This document shows, one piece after another, positions 24,315 to 36,767 of a stretch of DNA of 64,000 nt. The translations under genes and the position numbers were made by a program. This DNA is from Octopus sinensis (lineage: Eukaryota). The DNA lies in assembly GCF_006345805.1 (NCBI RefSeq), contig NC_043000.1, positions 71,176,001 through 71,240,000 of the forward strand. The letters run 5' to 3'. The notes below the pieces were generated by a model. It was not told where the DNA came from. It searched no databases and worked only from the letters and a program-made list of their open reading frames with translations. How positions within the stretch are numbered: position 1 is the first letter of the stretch; each line of letters starts with the position of its first letter.

Positions 24315-27300
24315 CATCATCATCATCATCGTTTAACGTCCGTTTTCCATGCTAGCATGGGTTGGGGGATTTTGACTGAGGGCTGGCAAACCAGATGGCT
24401 GCACCAGGCTCCAATCTTGATTTGGCAGAGTTTCTACAGCTGGATGCCCTTCCTAAGCCAACCACTTCGAGAGTGTAGTTGGTGCTTTTTACGTGCCACC
24501 GGCACGGGGGCCAGTCAGTCGGTACTGGCAACGACCTCGCTCGAATCTTTTTACACATGCCATCAGCACAGGTGACATCAGTAAGGCGACATTGGTAACG
24601 ATCACACTCGAATAGTGCCCTTTTATATGCCACTGGCACGGAAGCTAGTTGGCTGCTCTAGCAACGATCACGCTCGGATGGTGCTCTTGGCACCCTACTA
24701 GTACGGGCACAAGTGCTTCACCACTTCATCCCAGGTCTTCCTGGGTCTACCTCTTCTACAGGTTCCCTCAACCGCTTGGGTGTGGCACTTTTTCACACAG
24801 CTGTCCTCATCCATTCTTGCCACATGACCATACCAGTGCAGTCGTCTCTCTTGCACACCCCATCTGATGCTTCTTAGGTCCAACATTTCTCTCAAGGTAC
24901 ATACATACTGTCGAGTATGCACACTGACATTACACATCCATCGGATCATACTGGCTTCATTCCTTGCAAGCTTACGCATGTCCTCAGCAGTCACAGCCCA
25001 TGTTTCACTGCCATGTAGCATGGCTGTTCGTACACAAGTGTCATACAGTCTACCTTTTACTCTGAGCGAGAGGCCCTTTGTCGCCAGCAGAGGTAAGAGC
25101 TCTCTGAACTTTGCCCAAGCTATTCTTATTCTAGCAGCTACACTTTCAGCGCACCCACCTCCACTACTGACTTGGTCGCCTAGGTAACAGAAGCTATCAA
25201 CAACTTCTAGTTTTCCTCCCTGGAATGTGGCGGAAGTTGGTCTCTGCGCATTTTCAGTGTTTATTGCTCCCGAGCATCTGCCGCATACAAAAACTATCTT
25301 CCCAGTTAGCCTTCCTTTGATATTACTGCACCTCTTATGTGTCCATAGCTTACACTGGGTACATCTTATAGAGTTTCTACCTACGCCTCTACAACAAATT
25401 GAGCAGGGCCAACTACCTGAAGGGATTTGTGGTTTGCCTGCCTTCCTACGTATTAGGACTTTGGTTTTAGCTAGGTTGATTCTAAGGCCCTTCAATTCTA
25501 ATCCTTGTTTCCACACTTGAAACTTCACCTCTAGTTCTGATAGTGACTCAGCAATTAGAGCAAGGTCATCAGCATAGAGGAGCTACCAGGGGCATCCTAT
25601 CTTGAATTCCTCCGTTATTGCCTGGAGGACTATGATAAATAGGAGGGGGCTGAGGACTGAACCTTGGTGGACCCCTACCTCTACCCTGAATTCTTCAGTG
25701 TACTTGTTGCCGACCCTCATCTTACTTACAGTGTTCCTGTATATGGCTTGCACAGCTCTCACTAACCATTCATCTATCCCTAGTTTCCTCATTGACCACC
25801 AGATAAGGGATCGGGGGACCCTGTCAAAGACTTTCTCCATGTCAACGAAAGCCAGGTACAGGGGCTTATCTTTGGCTAGGTATTTCTCCTGCAGCTGTCT
25901 TACCAGAAATATGGCATCAGTGGTGCCTTTCCCTGGCACGAAACCAAACTGCATCTCATCCAAGCTGACTCTCCCTAATCAGTTGGGCTATGACCCTCTC
26001 CGTAACCTTCATTACCTGATCCAATAGCTTGATGCCTCTGTAATTATTTGTATCTAAAGCGTCACCTTTACCTTTGTAGCAGTTGACTATTATGCTGCTA
26101 CACCAGTCATTGGGTATGACTCCTTCGTGTATCACCTGGTTAACTATAAGGGTGACTAGGCTAAAGCCAACACTGCCAGATATTTTAAGCATCTCTGCAG
26201 TAATTCCTGATAGGCCTGGGGCCCTCCCTGTCTTCATGCTTCTAATTGCCTTATCTACCAAGGAACTGTCAACTCGGATAGCTGGTCCCTCTGTTGGGTC
26301 GATATTTGGCAGACTTTCATTCTCCCACTCATTTTCTTTATTCAGCAACGTTTCATAGTGGCATCTCCAAATCTCTCTCTTTGCGTCCTCATTCAGTGCA
26401 AGTGAACCATCATCCATGCAAACACATTTCTCTCCTACCACATCACGATTCTCTCTCACACACTGTCTTGCAACACGAAATACCTCAAGTCTTTCGTCCT
26501 CACGGCACAGAACATTGGCAAATTTTTTCTTATCTGCTTCCCCTCTGGCTAAATAAACCTGCCTCCTAGCTTCCCTTCTGGCAGTCTGCTACACTTCCCT
26601 GCTACCACTATTCTTCCAGTCCTTCTAAGCCTGTTTCTTTTGTCTAATAGCCCTGTCTACAACATTGTTCCACCACCACGTTATTTTGGGTCAAGAGGGG
26701 ACTTTGCACCATCCACAGATCTGGTCGGTGGCCCTTAGCAAGTTGTCCTGTAGGAACCTCCAATTGTCTTCTATACCATGTGAAACTATATCCCCTTCTA
26801 TTTTGTCAAAGGCTTCGAGTAATATGTCTCTAAATCTCTGTCCATTTGCAGGATCTTTAAGTCTTCAGACCCTTCTTCTCATTGCTGGTTGTCTTCTAGG
26901 CATCCATTTAGCCCTGATCCTGAAGTCACTAACTACTAGTCTATGTTGTGGGGTACATTCTTTGCCTGGGAAGGTTTTGGCATTTATAAGCAGCCATCTT
27001 TCCCTTTTTCTGGTGAGGATGTAGTCAATTTGGCTAGTGTGCTTGCCAGAACGGTAGGTGACTAGGTGAGAGGTGGGTTTCCTGAAGTTGGTATTGCAGA
27101 CCATAAGACCATTTGCGTCACAGAACTCCAGCAGCCTGGTTCCCTCCTCATTGCGAGAGCCAAAACCATAGCCTCCATGTATGCCATGAAAGCCCCCGAC
27201 ATGTTGTCCAACATGTCCATTGAAGTCGCCAGCCACAAAGAGAAGGTCCCTGTCATTCGTCAACGCGGTAGTCTGCAAGAGGGTGTCATAGAATCGGTCT

Positions 27301-27455
27301 TTCTGTCCATCGTGTAGCCCTGGCTGAGGGGCATAGGCCGAGATAATGGTTGCTAACCCATGATGGAGCACTAATCTAATCTTAAGTATTCTGTCGCATA
27401 CTCTGACTACCTCAATTACTTTATCCATTTCTCTGCAAGAAGTATACCCACACAC
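24315..27455 (-). mobile_element. Near-complete RTE (BovB-like) LINE ORF (APE + RT), disrupted, with (GAT)n tail
   Basis: APE: IISAYAPQ, GDFNGHVG, SQIDYIL, PQHRLV. RT: QFGFVPGKGTTDAIF, FVDMEKVFDRV, GVHQGSVLSPLLF, LYADDL, LHGSETW. Same family as 1-554 and 15320-16468. Confidence 0.93.
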
Positions 27456-27489
27456 CTTTTAAACAATTCTTCATACAGGATTTACTTCT

Positions 27490-28945
27490 TCTTTTTCTTT
27501 TTTTTTTTAAACTAAAGTTAACCAAATGTATAGCACAATATTTTTTGCAAACATTTTGGAAATCTGTTCATTCAACAATTAGAAAATTTACTTGTTTTTC
27601 CTTTTTTTTTTCCATTTAAAGTTCAAACAGATATTTTCCTTAGTCACAGTCTTTACAAGATTGCATCGACTTACTTCTGTCTCTCACAATGCCTTTCACT
27701 TTCACAATCTTTTACTATAATTTTCCTTTTGTTTATGTTTTTCATGTTGTCTCTTTTTGTTTCTATTTTCCTGCTGTTTTGTGTGTTCTTGTATTTTCGT
27801 CTCTAAGTCTGTGTTCGTGTATTTGTGTATCTGTGTGTTCATTTGACTGTAACTTCACGTGTTTCGTCTGTGTGTCTATGTTTTTAGATTTCCGTAATTC
27901 TGGGTTGTCTTGTTTCTGGTCTGTACTTTTAATTCCTTTGATGGTACTTTCACTGGTAAATTTTCTATTTCTCATTGTGGGTTGGGTTTCTTCTTCCATT
28001 CCTTTACTCTTCTTCAAGTCCAATGTCATCGGTGACTTTCTTCTCTCTCGTTTCCTGGGTTTTACCTCCACAAAATTCCCATTATATTCTTTTTTCTGCT
28101 TCTGCTTTTTTCCACCACTATATCTTCCTTAACACTCTCTTCCACCATTTCCACTGCTGCTCTAGGGCGTTTCCTTCTCAGTTGCCCTCTTTCACCACAT
28201 CCATAACATTTTGGGGGTCTCCCCTCCAACATTACTTCCAGTTTTTCACCATTTGGTAATTCCAAAGTTTCCGCCATTTTGTTGTAATATTTTGGGCTTA
28301 CTGCACAGATTATTTCAATACCATAGCTCCTTTAATTCAATTGTGTTCTGCTTACTATGCCAATCCTCAGCTATGAATTAAACATTGCAGCTATTACCCA
28401 TTCTGAGTCTATCGACGGTGGGATTCTTCCCACCCTGACCCTGATGATTCTTTTGCCTCAACAGTTGGGCATCAATGTTCATATCTCTCCATGTAACATC
28501 ATGTTGCCGGATTTTTTTGCCTCCTCTTCTGAAAGAAAGGTTACTACTATAGTTCCATATCTTCTTCCTCTTATAAAAAACGTTATCTTTTCTTCCATGT
28601 TCACCACTAACATTTCCTCTCTCTTCCTGCAGCATGTGTTCTGTTCTCCCATTTTCATTCGAAAATGTTCTGAATATTACCGTCTTGCTTTCCATTTTTA
28701 TTTTTTCCTCCTCTGGCAGGGTCATTTTTATGTTTGACCCTTCTTTCTTTACATTTTCACAATATTTAGTTATCTTCTCTTCATTCCACTCCATCATGTC
28801 TGGCTTCAGCACATGTGGATCCATGGCATCTTGACCTCCAGCAGCTTCTGCGAAACTCTTAATTTCTTCAATTTCATTTCCACCCAAAAATGGCAGCTTC
28901 ACTAAAAAATTCCACTTCGAATTCTTCAAAAAAACAACAAAAAGG
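27490..28945 (-). mobile_element. L1/Tx1-like ORF1 (gag-like, zinc knuckle) remnant ending in an A-rich tail, no ORF2
   Basis: ORF pieces 28378-28929, 28062-28277 (GRPPKCYGCGERGQLRRKRP, a degenerate CX2CX4HX4C) and K/E-rich 27763-28071. A-rich run at ~27490-27515 on the minus strand. Confidence 0.6.
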
Positions 28946-28946
28946 C

Positions 28947-29335
28947 TTGGCTTGCTAGCTGTCAGTGCTAAATCACTGTTAATAACTTACAGAATTTCAA
29001 GTGAAATAAATTCACTGATCTACAAAATTAGAAATATTTCTAAATCTCTCAGAGAGAGTTATGCAGTAGCCGCATGGTAAAATAATGGTTTGTTGCCAAC
29101 ATAATGTGGCAGTCCCAGGAAAGGGAAGAATGCTACTGCTCTTTAACCCCAAGAAGCACTGTTTCTAGTTGGCTTACATGAGACACAAGCATTCTGTGTC
29201 CCTAGGTTTTCAAACAGGGGAGATAAGCACCTCCACCCAGCAAAGCCAGCAACCGGAGACTAGTTTCAGTGTAGTTGCCCCTCATCAGTCTGGAGTAGCT
29301 AGCTGTCGGTGCTAAGTCGCTGTTGAAAACTTAAA
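28947..29335 (-). repeat. HHR-bearing repeat, one ~342-bp unit plus a partial second unit
   Basis: GCTAGCTGTC(A/G)GTGCTAA..C(A/G)CTGTT..AACTTA at ~28956 and ~29297 brackets the unit; HHR at 29253-29293. Confidence 0.78.
29253..29293 (-). ncRNA. Minimal type-I hammerhead ribozyme motif (copy C) with palindromic stem III ACUAGU
   Basis: CCAGA CUGAUGA GGGG CAACUA CACU GAAAC UA GUC UCCGG. Confidence 0.78.
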
Positions 29336-29770
29336 TGTAATATTCATTTGCTTAAAAAGACCAGAACAGCTAATACTGAAAAAATTTGGACAAAAATTTT
29401 CTTGACAAAATGCTTGCTACTAAATGAACTTCTTTTAGAGATTTTGCAGAATTTGCTTATCTTTTAATATTTATCCAAATTTTTAAGTTGAAAAATGGAA
29501 AGTGCTTGAAGCTGTTCTCTTTGTAAAAATATGGCCTGAAATGACATGTTAATGCTGCAAAAATTACTAAATTAATATTGTCACAGCAGACTCAGAAACA
29601 AGCAAGCAATGATGGATATACTGAAGCATTCAGTGATTTAGAAAATTTGTTAGATACTTTCAGATGTATTACGAAAGATTTAATTTCTGTGCTTCTTTTG
29701 AAATAAAGTAACTTGCATAATTTTTTCTTATTTTGAACGTTTTAGCTTTTCCTAACACTTTATTTTTTAT

Positions 29771-29933
29771 TTTTGTTTCTATCATTTGACTGCAGCCATG
29801 CTGGAGCACCACCTTTAGTCGAACAAATTGACCCCAGGATTTATTCTTTGTGAGCCTTGTATTGTGTCAGTCTCTTTTGTTGAACCACTAAGTTAAGGGC
29901 ACATAAATACATCAACATCGGCTGTCAAGTGAT
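29771..29933 (-). mobile_element. 3' half of tRNA-derived SINE split by a LINE insertion
   Basis: Reverse complement matches 36990-37157 (TAAAGGTGGTGCTCCAGCATGGCTGCAGTCAAATGA). Confidence 0.85.
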
Positions 29934-31916
29934 CATCATCATCATTGTTCGACCGTGATCGAGACAATGGAATTTACTATGTTACGCCAGACTTCACGGT
30001 CCATCATAGCATTACGGAGGTCCTGTTGCTGGATGCCTGTATCCCTGGAGATTACATCAGGGTAGGAGAGTGTGCGCCCTCTGGTATTGCGAGTAGATGG
30101 CTTCCAGAGGAGAAGTGTAGAAATTACTTCTTTTTCAGCTCTACAACAATGTCCAGCAAACTGGACTCTCCTACCTTTCACAAGAGATGACACAGGTGGT
30201 AATTTCCCATATATTTGCATTTTGGTTGGATGGCGCTTCCACGAGAGATTTTGAGCTCTCATAAGGAGGCGAGTGTAGGTTCCATCCAACCGCCTCTCAA
30301 GCTTCTTTGATAGCGTCCAGGTTTCTGAGCCATATAGTAGAATTGGTTCGACTGTGGCTTTGAATATTTCAAGTTTGAAGTCTCTACTTAGATTTGATGA
30401 CCAGATCTTATGCATGTCATTACAGGCTGACCAGGCCATACCCTTTCTAGTTAGAAAGTCTTTTCCAGATGATGATATGTATGACCCAAGATATTTATAA
30501 TCAGAAACCATATTTAAAGGCGCAGTTGAGAGTATGGATGATGCAATCACTGTTGGACAGGCACTTGTTTATGTATTCAGTTTTGGCCTCATTGAGGTAA
30601 AGACCTACACAATTTGAGGCTTGTTCAAGAGATTGTAAAAGAGACTGGGCATTGGAGAGAGAATCACTGATAAGAGCGATGTCGTCAGCAAAGTCAGTGT
30701 CTGTCAAGTACTCAGCTGGGTGTCTGGAACTTCTTCTTGGTTTTATTTCAAAGCCCTTGCCAGAGATGGTATCAACTGACATACGTAGCACATAATCAAC
30801 AACAATGATGAAAAGAAATGGGGCGAGTGTGTCTCCCTGCAGTATTCCGGCTTTGATTGAGAAAGATGATGTTTCTCCATCAGGGGTTAAGATGGTTGAA
30901 GACGTATCTGTGTAGAGGACCTTGATGGCAGAAATGATTTTGTCTGGTATCCCATAGAGCTTAAGGATTTCAAACATCTTGTACCTATCTACAGAATCGA
31001 ACGCTTTAGAAAAGTCTACAAATACCATTGCAAGATCGCGATTAAATGCTTTTGATTCTTCAATAAGTCTGCGCAGGCATAGTATCTGGCTCAGCGTTGA
31101 GCGCCCATGTCTGAATCCATTTTGGTTCTTTCGGAGCAAAGGTTCAACAAAAAGGACAAGACGATTTAGGATCAGTTTGTTGTACAGTTTTGCAGCAATT
31201 GACATTAGAGATATACCCCTGTAGTTGGTGACGAGGGATAAATCGCCTTTTTTGGGTATTGGAATGATTTGAGATTGGTGCCAAATCTTTGGAGCGACAA
31301 AGGTGGAAAGTGTGTGGTTGCAGAGGTTGAGCAAAAGTGTGTGAAATCTATCATCCTTCCAAATTACAGCTGGGATGTTGTCGGGACCAAATGCTTTCGA
31401 GGCTTTTAGTTGCTTGGTGGCTGCTGTTAGTTCAAATATGGTAAAAGGGGAGGTGTTGATGTCCAGCGTGTCTGATATAGGCACACTTGGAAGAGTGGGG
31501 TTATCAGGGATTTTGGCATTCTTCCCAAGGAGGTTTTTAAAATGGGTTGACCAACTTTCTAAACGCTTCTTAGCTGATCCCCCTTTAATTCTAATTGATG
31601 ACCCAGAATTTTTGCCTGATAGGTCTTTGATGGATTTCCAGGTGAGATGGTGTTTTTTACTAATGTGCTCTTTCGATAGTTTACTAATTTTGCCATTGAT
31701 AAATTCGACCTCGGCGTTCAAGTAAGCCTCATCAAGATTCTTCCTGGCAGCTATGAGTTGGATCTTCAGTGACTGGGATGGAGAACAGTGGTAAGCTAGT
31801 GATATAGACTTTAGATGATTTCTGGCTTCGATGACATTTGGGGAATTAGAAGGTTTGCTCTGGCCCCTACTCTTCTTTTTGGGAAGAGTAGCCAGTGCAA
31901 CTTCCTCTGTTGATTT
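29934..31916 (-). mobile_element. 5'-truncated RTEX-like LINE (RT; one frameshift), 5-bp TSD GTGAT
   Basis: ORFs 30501-31952 and 29942-30550: NYRGISL, FVDFSKAFDSV, GILQGDTLAPFLF, DFADDIAL, LLYGSETW. GTGAT at 29929-29933 and 31917-31921. Confidence 0.92.
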
Positions 31917-32107
31917 GTGATGGTGAGGGAACAAACACAGACACACAAACATACATATATGTGACGGGTTTCTTTCAGTTTCTGTCTACCAAATCCACTC
32001 ACAAAGTTTTGGTTGGCCCAAGGCTATAGTAGAAAACACCTGACCAAGGGGCCATACAGTGGGACTGAACCTGGAACCATGTGGTTGAGACAAGCTTCTT
32101 ACCACAC
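31917..32107 (-). mobile_element. 5' half of tRNA-derived SINE
   Basis: Reverse complement has A/B-box-like TGTGTGGTAAG...GGTTCCAGGTTCAGTCCC and matches 36771-36990. Confidence 0.85.
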
Positions 32108-32879
32108 AATTTATCAATTTAAAAAGAAAAATCTAATAAACTAATAATCATTTGGCGAGACCTACTCTCGAAACAAGCTCTCAAAATAAATAATTTCTGT
32201 ATTGTGCCCTTTGTTTTTGGATATTGTGTGAAGCAGCTGTTGGCCTGATGTCAATGCTGATGGTGAGTGCCTTATGATCCAGCCTGCAAATATCTTTATA
32301 GTGTTATTGATCATTCTTGATATTTATAAAACAATTTTTTTTTTCTGAAATGTAACCAGCCTTCATTCAGGGACATGTCCAATCCAACACAGTAATCTCT
32401 ATATGAAGGGCATATAATTTGTTGACGCTTCCGATTTTGCATACATTAATAACTTTTTATCAGGTGAATTTCAATTTATGTCGTAAGTAGTGCATGTAAA
32501 AAGGGTCCAATCCTTTATTTTTATTTTATTTTTTTTTTTTTTTAGTGTGAGCACAAGTTTCTGTTTTCGTTGCCGTATATAAATGCAAGCAGTATTCATA
32601 GTTTGTACGCTTTAAATCTTGATACGTTTCATTTAATTTCTTGTACATGCTCAGTAAGTTTGTATAATAAGCTAAATTTGAAAACCAATATATTAAACAT
32701 GTATATAACGATTTCCTTCTTCGCAAAAGATCAGATATTTTGGGAGGGGTTACAACAAAAATGATGGATAATTTGAATAAATTTCGGTTCTGAAATTGAA
32801 AGTAATTACGAACCGCAAACACATTTGTTTTTCTCTCGGCAACGAGTTAAACTGTCGTCCTTCTCAAACTGTATGCAAT

Positions 32880-33200
32880 GCAGTATCTCTACATTTAATT
32901 CCCTTGCTTGTCAGACGGGGTATATTAGTTAATAGTGCTATTTACAATACATAACGTCATGTGGGGGCGTCAGCAATTAAACTTAATATTTCTCCAGATT
33001 GTAGTCAGACAAGGGATTATTGTTGTTTTTTTCATTTCCACCATGTTGATACTGATTTACACTCTCCCTCCTCCTAAATTTCCGCTGATATCAGTGTACG
33101 TTTCTTTTAGTTCTGAGTACTTGATGGCGGTGAGGAGACGATGACATTCCGACTTCCTGCTTTCTTTTCACTCTAAGCCTTCTCTTCGCTGATCTGACTG
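32880..33200 (+). promoter_or_regulatory. Possible housekeeping-type promoter / first exon (tentative)
   Basis: Locally CpG-richer unique DNA with CRE-like ACGTCA, GATGGCG immediately followed by GTGAG (donor-like), and ETS-like ACTTCCTG. Motif coincidence cannot be excluded. Confidence 0.25.
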
Positions 33201-34058
33201 GTGGGATTCTAGGTCACCGTGAATTTCTGTTTGCTATTTATAAATACACTTCAGTCTTTCTTTCTTTTTCTTAAATGTTAGCAGTGGACTGTAACAGTAG
33301 TATCTGTTAAGATATACGTGTTGCATAGAGTTATTGGTTACAGTTAATTGATTTTTATTTTCCTCCTTTCCGTGTTCTTTTTAGTCTTTTACTTTAGTTG
33401 AACATCTACTGAATTGTTCAAAACAGACTATAACATGACGAGGCAAGGAGTTCTCTGGCACTCCTTTTCCTCACAGATGTTATTGCTAATAATAACGTTT
33501 GTATGTTAGGTCATTAAATGCAACTGATATTTAGTGAATGAGAATTTGAACAAGCCTCGCTATGAACTCACGTTATTAAAGAATTTATTGTTCAAGGATC
33601 CATTACAAGTTACCACTTGTTTTGGTTTCACTGTGCCTCTTCTTTTTGTTAACATAAATAAATGTTATAAACTTTACATTGTGACAGTAAATTTATTCAC
33701 ATAAGCGAAGTACACAGTAGTTGATCTTGTATACTATATATATTTCAGTACTCTCACCGTAATGTGAATCGATTTTGTAAGCAAATATAATTCAATAATA
33801 CCTTACTATACGCAGATTTCAGCTAAAAATTACCTACTTTCTTGTCATTTATTTGATTGTAGGTTTTATTTTGTTTGTTTTCCGTTTCTAAGAAATGGAA
33901 CAGCTGTCCCTCGAATACCTATATCTCATGGGAAATTAACAGTACAGAACTTGGAGTGGGGTAAATGTAAAAAAATCGAAATTTTGTGGGGAAAAGAATC
34001 TTTTTAGAACTAATTTTTGTTGTATGAAACACAAGTTTTGATTTCAGAGAGATTCTGT

Positions 34059-34367
34059 GGATCTTTTCGGTTTGAACGGCAGTTTTTATCATAATTTCTA
34101 GGTAACTAAAAAATTTTAAACTTCGTATACTGGTAGAATGTGTTTATAAAACATCTTTTTCTCTTGGCTTTATTGAGAAAATCCTATAGTTTGTAAGATA
34201 TTTGTTGTTTTTTTTTTGTTTTTTTTTAGGTAAAAAAAAACATCCTGTGCCGTATGAATATGTCCCTCGTTTAAGAAACAGATTGGGTTTATTTACATTT
34301 GTGAAGAAAAAAAGATACCCTTCCCCCCACCGCTAGAAAAAAACTGCCGTTCAAACCGAAAAGATCA
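34059..34367. mobile_element. MITE with ~28-bp TIRs (GGATCTTTTCGGTTTGAACGGCAGTTTTT) and 8-bp TSD GATTCTGT
   Basis: TIRs at 34059-34087 and 34339-34367; TSD at 34051-34058 and 34368-34375. Confidence 0.85.
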
Positions 34368-35059
34368 GATTCTGTTACTTTTTATAGTCTAAGCGACAAC
34401 ATAGAGAAGTTTCTTCGTCGGCGGAGTACTTTATAAACTAAGTACAACTTGTTACATGTTCGGGCTATAATCAAGTACGACATGATACATTGTTTGTCGG
34501 CGGCTAAAGCCCGCACAACAACCAGCCTAACCTGATGAAGAGAGTTGTTTGCAACCAATAAAGCAAAACCAAGAATTGTCAAAGTAAAGGAGGAACCCAG
34601 TAGAGGGGAGTGGGACACTGACAGAATAATGCACGGGAATAGAAATATTCTGGCTCGTGAACGAGGGTGCTGTAATACAACTTTGGGAGTAACTTCCTTC
34701 AATTCCTGTCGGAATATCTAAGTGAAAAAGATACTCTGATGTAAAACCTGAAAATCGTTCATCTTGTCGTCCCAAATATATTGGCCAGCAGCAGGAAAAC
34801 TGTTCTATCTAAAAATTAAATGCAATTTTTTGTAAACTTCATTCATTAAAATTTCACGGACAGGAACTTCTTTAACATTCACAACAGATAATGAACCTTA
34901 AAAGTGGTTGCTGCCGTTAGAAATACCCATTCAGTATTTGTTTTTCACTCATGAAGTAACGCTTCGAGTATAGCATTGCAGATCAATCAGATATAAGTCT
35001 AGCTCTAAATTATTGTAGATACACAGTTAAATGTGTGTGTGTGTGTAATTTCATTGGAG

Positions 35060-35565
35060 CTAACTGTGACCCGGGAGAATAGAGGAGTCACAAAAGAGGA
35101 AGAGAACATGAAGGACTGCTGCAGGAACATGTAGAGGAACCAATGCTGTAGGTATAAGAGGTGGCTAGTGAATGGTTTGCAAGTCATTTTCTGAGTAAGA
35201 CCTATGGGATAAAGACAGGAAAAGCCATCAAGGACAGTATACAGTTTGCAAAGAAAATATCAAGTTGGCTCTGGCTGTAGCAAGACACCTATTTCTGTTC
35301 CTCTCATACTTTAGCCTCTCAACTGGTATACAACTACCTCCCTCAATACCATGCCTTGTTAAGTCGAGAGGTCTTGTCTTACAAGTTACTTGGTGACCTC
35401 ACTAGTAATGGTGTGAAGAAAAAAGAACTCAGTACTCTAAAATGGTTCTATCAGGAAAAGCATCCAGCTATAGAAACCATGTCAAAACAAACATTAGAGC
35501 TTGATGCAGTCTTTTGATCCTGTTGAACCACCCAACCTATGCCATCATGAAAGAAAGATGTCACA
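35060..35565 (+). mobile_element. Old degraded RTE 3' remnant
   Basis: Diverged tail GGAAAAGCATCCAGCTATAGAAAC...CAACCTATGCCATCATGAAAG. Confidence 0.6.
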
Positions 35566-36019
35566 CTTTTGGTCATGTTGGTAAATGGAAATTAAAACAA
35601 AAGGAGTGGAAGTGAGATGTTAAATGCAGGTAAACTGTAATGAGAGGTTTTGCTCTGCAGTAGCTGATATTTCAATCAAAATAAAACAGCAAATTGTTAT
35701 CATAAGTTTTATTTGATCTATATGTGTGTGCATATACACATATACATGTGTGTGTGTATCATCTAAGTACATCAACATGTAGGATGCCAGAAATGGCTAG
35801 GTACAATAACATAGCATTCACAGTGAGGTAAAACAAGAATGAGAGTATCAAATGTTGGCAGGATACTGAGCATAAGTAAGCACCAAATCCAATTTAAACT
35901 TTAGATCTGACTCAGGGTTGATTCTAGGTGTGACATAATTATAAAAAGAGGAGTAACAATATATGTTGGATTCATCACAATTTATGTGTTATCTCACCCA
36001 TTTCATACCTTTTTAACAT

Positions 36020-36101
36020 TTTGCCTGAAGATGGTGGATTGAATGTTATGATGTAATTTATGAAAATATCAGTAACATTTTACTAAAACAGCTGTCATAA
36101 A
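36020..36101 (+). ncRNA. Degenerate hammerhead-like motif
   Basis: CUGAAGA ... (U)AAAAC AGCU GUC with palindromic ACAGCUGU. G12 is lost and stems I/II are poor. Confidence 0.4.
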
Positions 36102-36703
36102 TTTTAAACCAAATTTCTGTTCTTATATATATACATATAACATCAAAATTGCCAGTACAGATGTACAAGCATGCTACATGCTTAGAGTCAAAATGATTGG
36201 AGAGCAATGTGAAATTAAGTGTTTTGCCCAAGACCACAACACAATTCCTGTTCCAGGAATAAGAACCATGATATACCAATTGTGAGTGCAACACACTATC
36301 CACTATGTGCCATCATCTTATGTAAACATAATAGGTATATTGAACATTGATTACTATATCAGGATTTTAACCCACATGGATCTAGGCAGGATAGCACCTA
36401 AGGACTTATGCTCTTGTTTCTGCAACATCAGGAAGTTGAACTATGAACTTTTATGCTTCTTTTTCGTCTTTCTCTCCATCTCCTTATTCTTTTACTCCCT
36501 TCCTTTATGTCACCATCTTATTAATATATACCATTCTCTTTTTCCTTATTTGTCTCTGATAATGGAATATCCCATACTCAGATATCCCAGAAACAGCTGT
36601 AAGACTTTGAATTTTTTCCAATAATAATATTGTATATGACTTGAGTTAATGTATATATTAATGTATATATTGCCTTGCGTTAATGTTTGTTGTTCTCTTT
36701 AAC

Positions 36704-36747
<44 letters not shown>

Positions 36748-36767
36748 GCACACACACACATATGTTT

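Noticed and set aside
34480-34640. RRM-like fragment (LFVGG...RELF...IVKVK)
   Set aside because: Needs a frameshift and two stops, and there is no RNP1; too weak to call.
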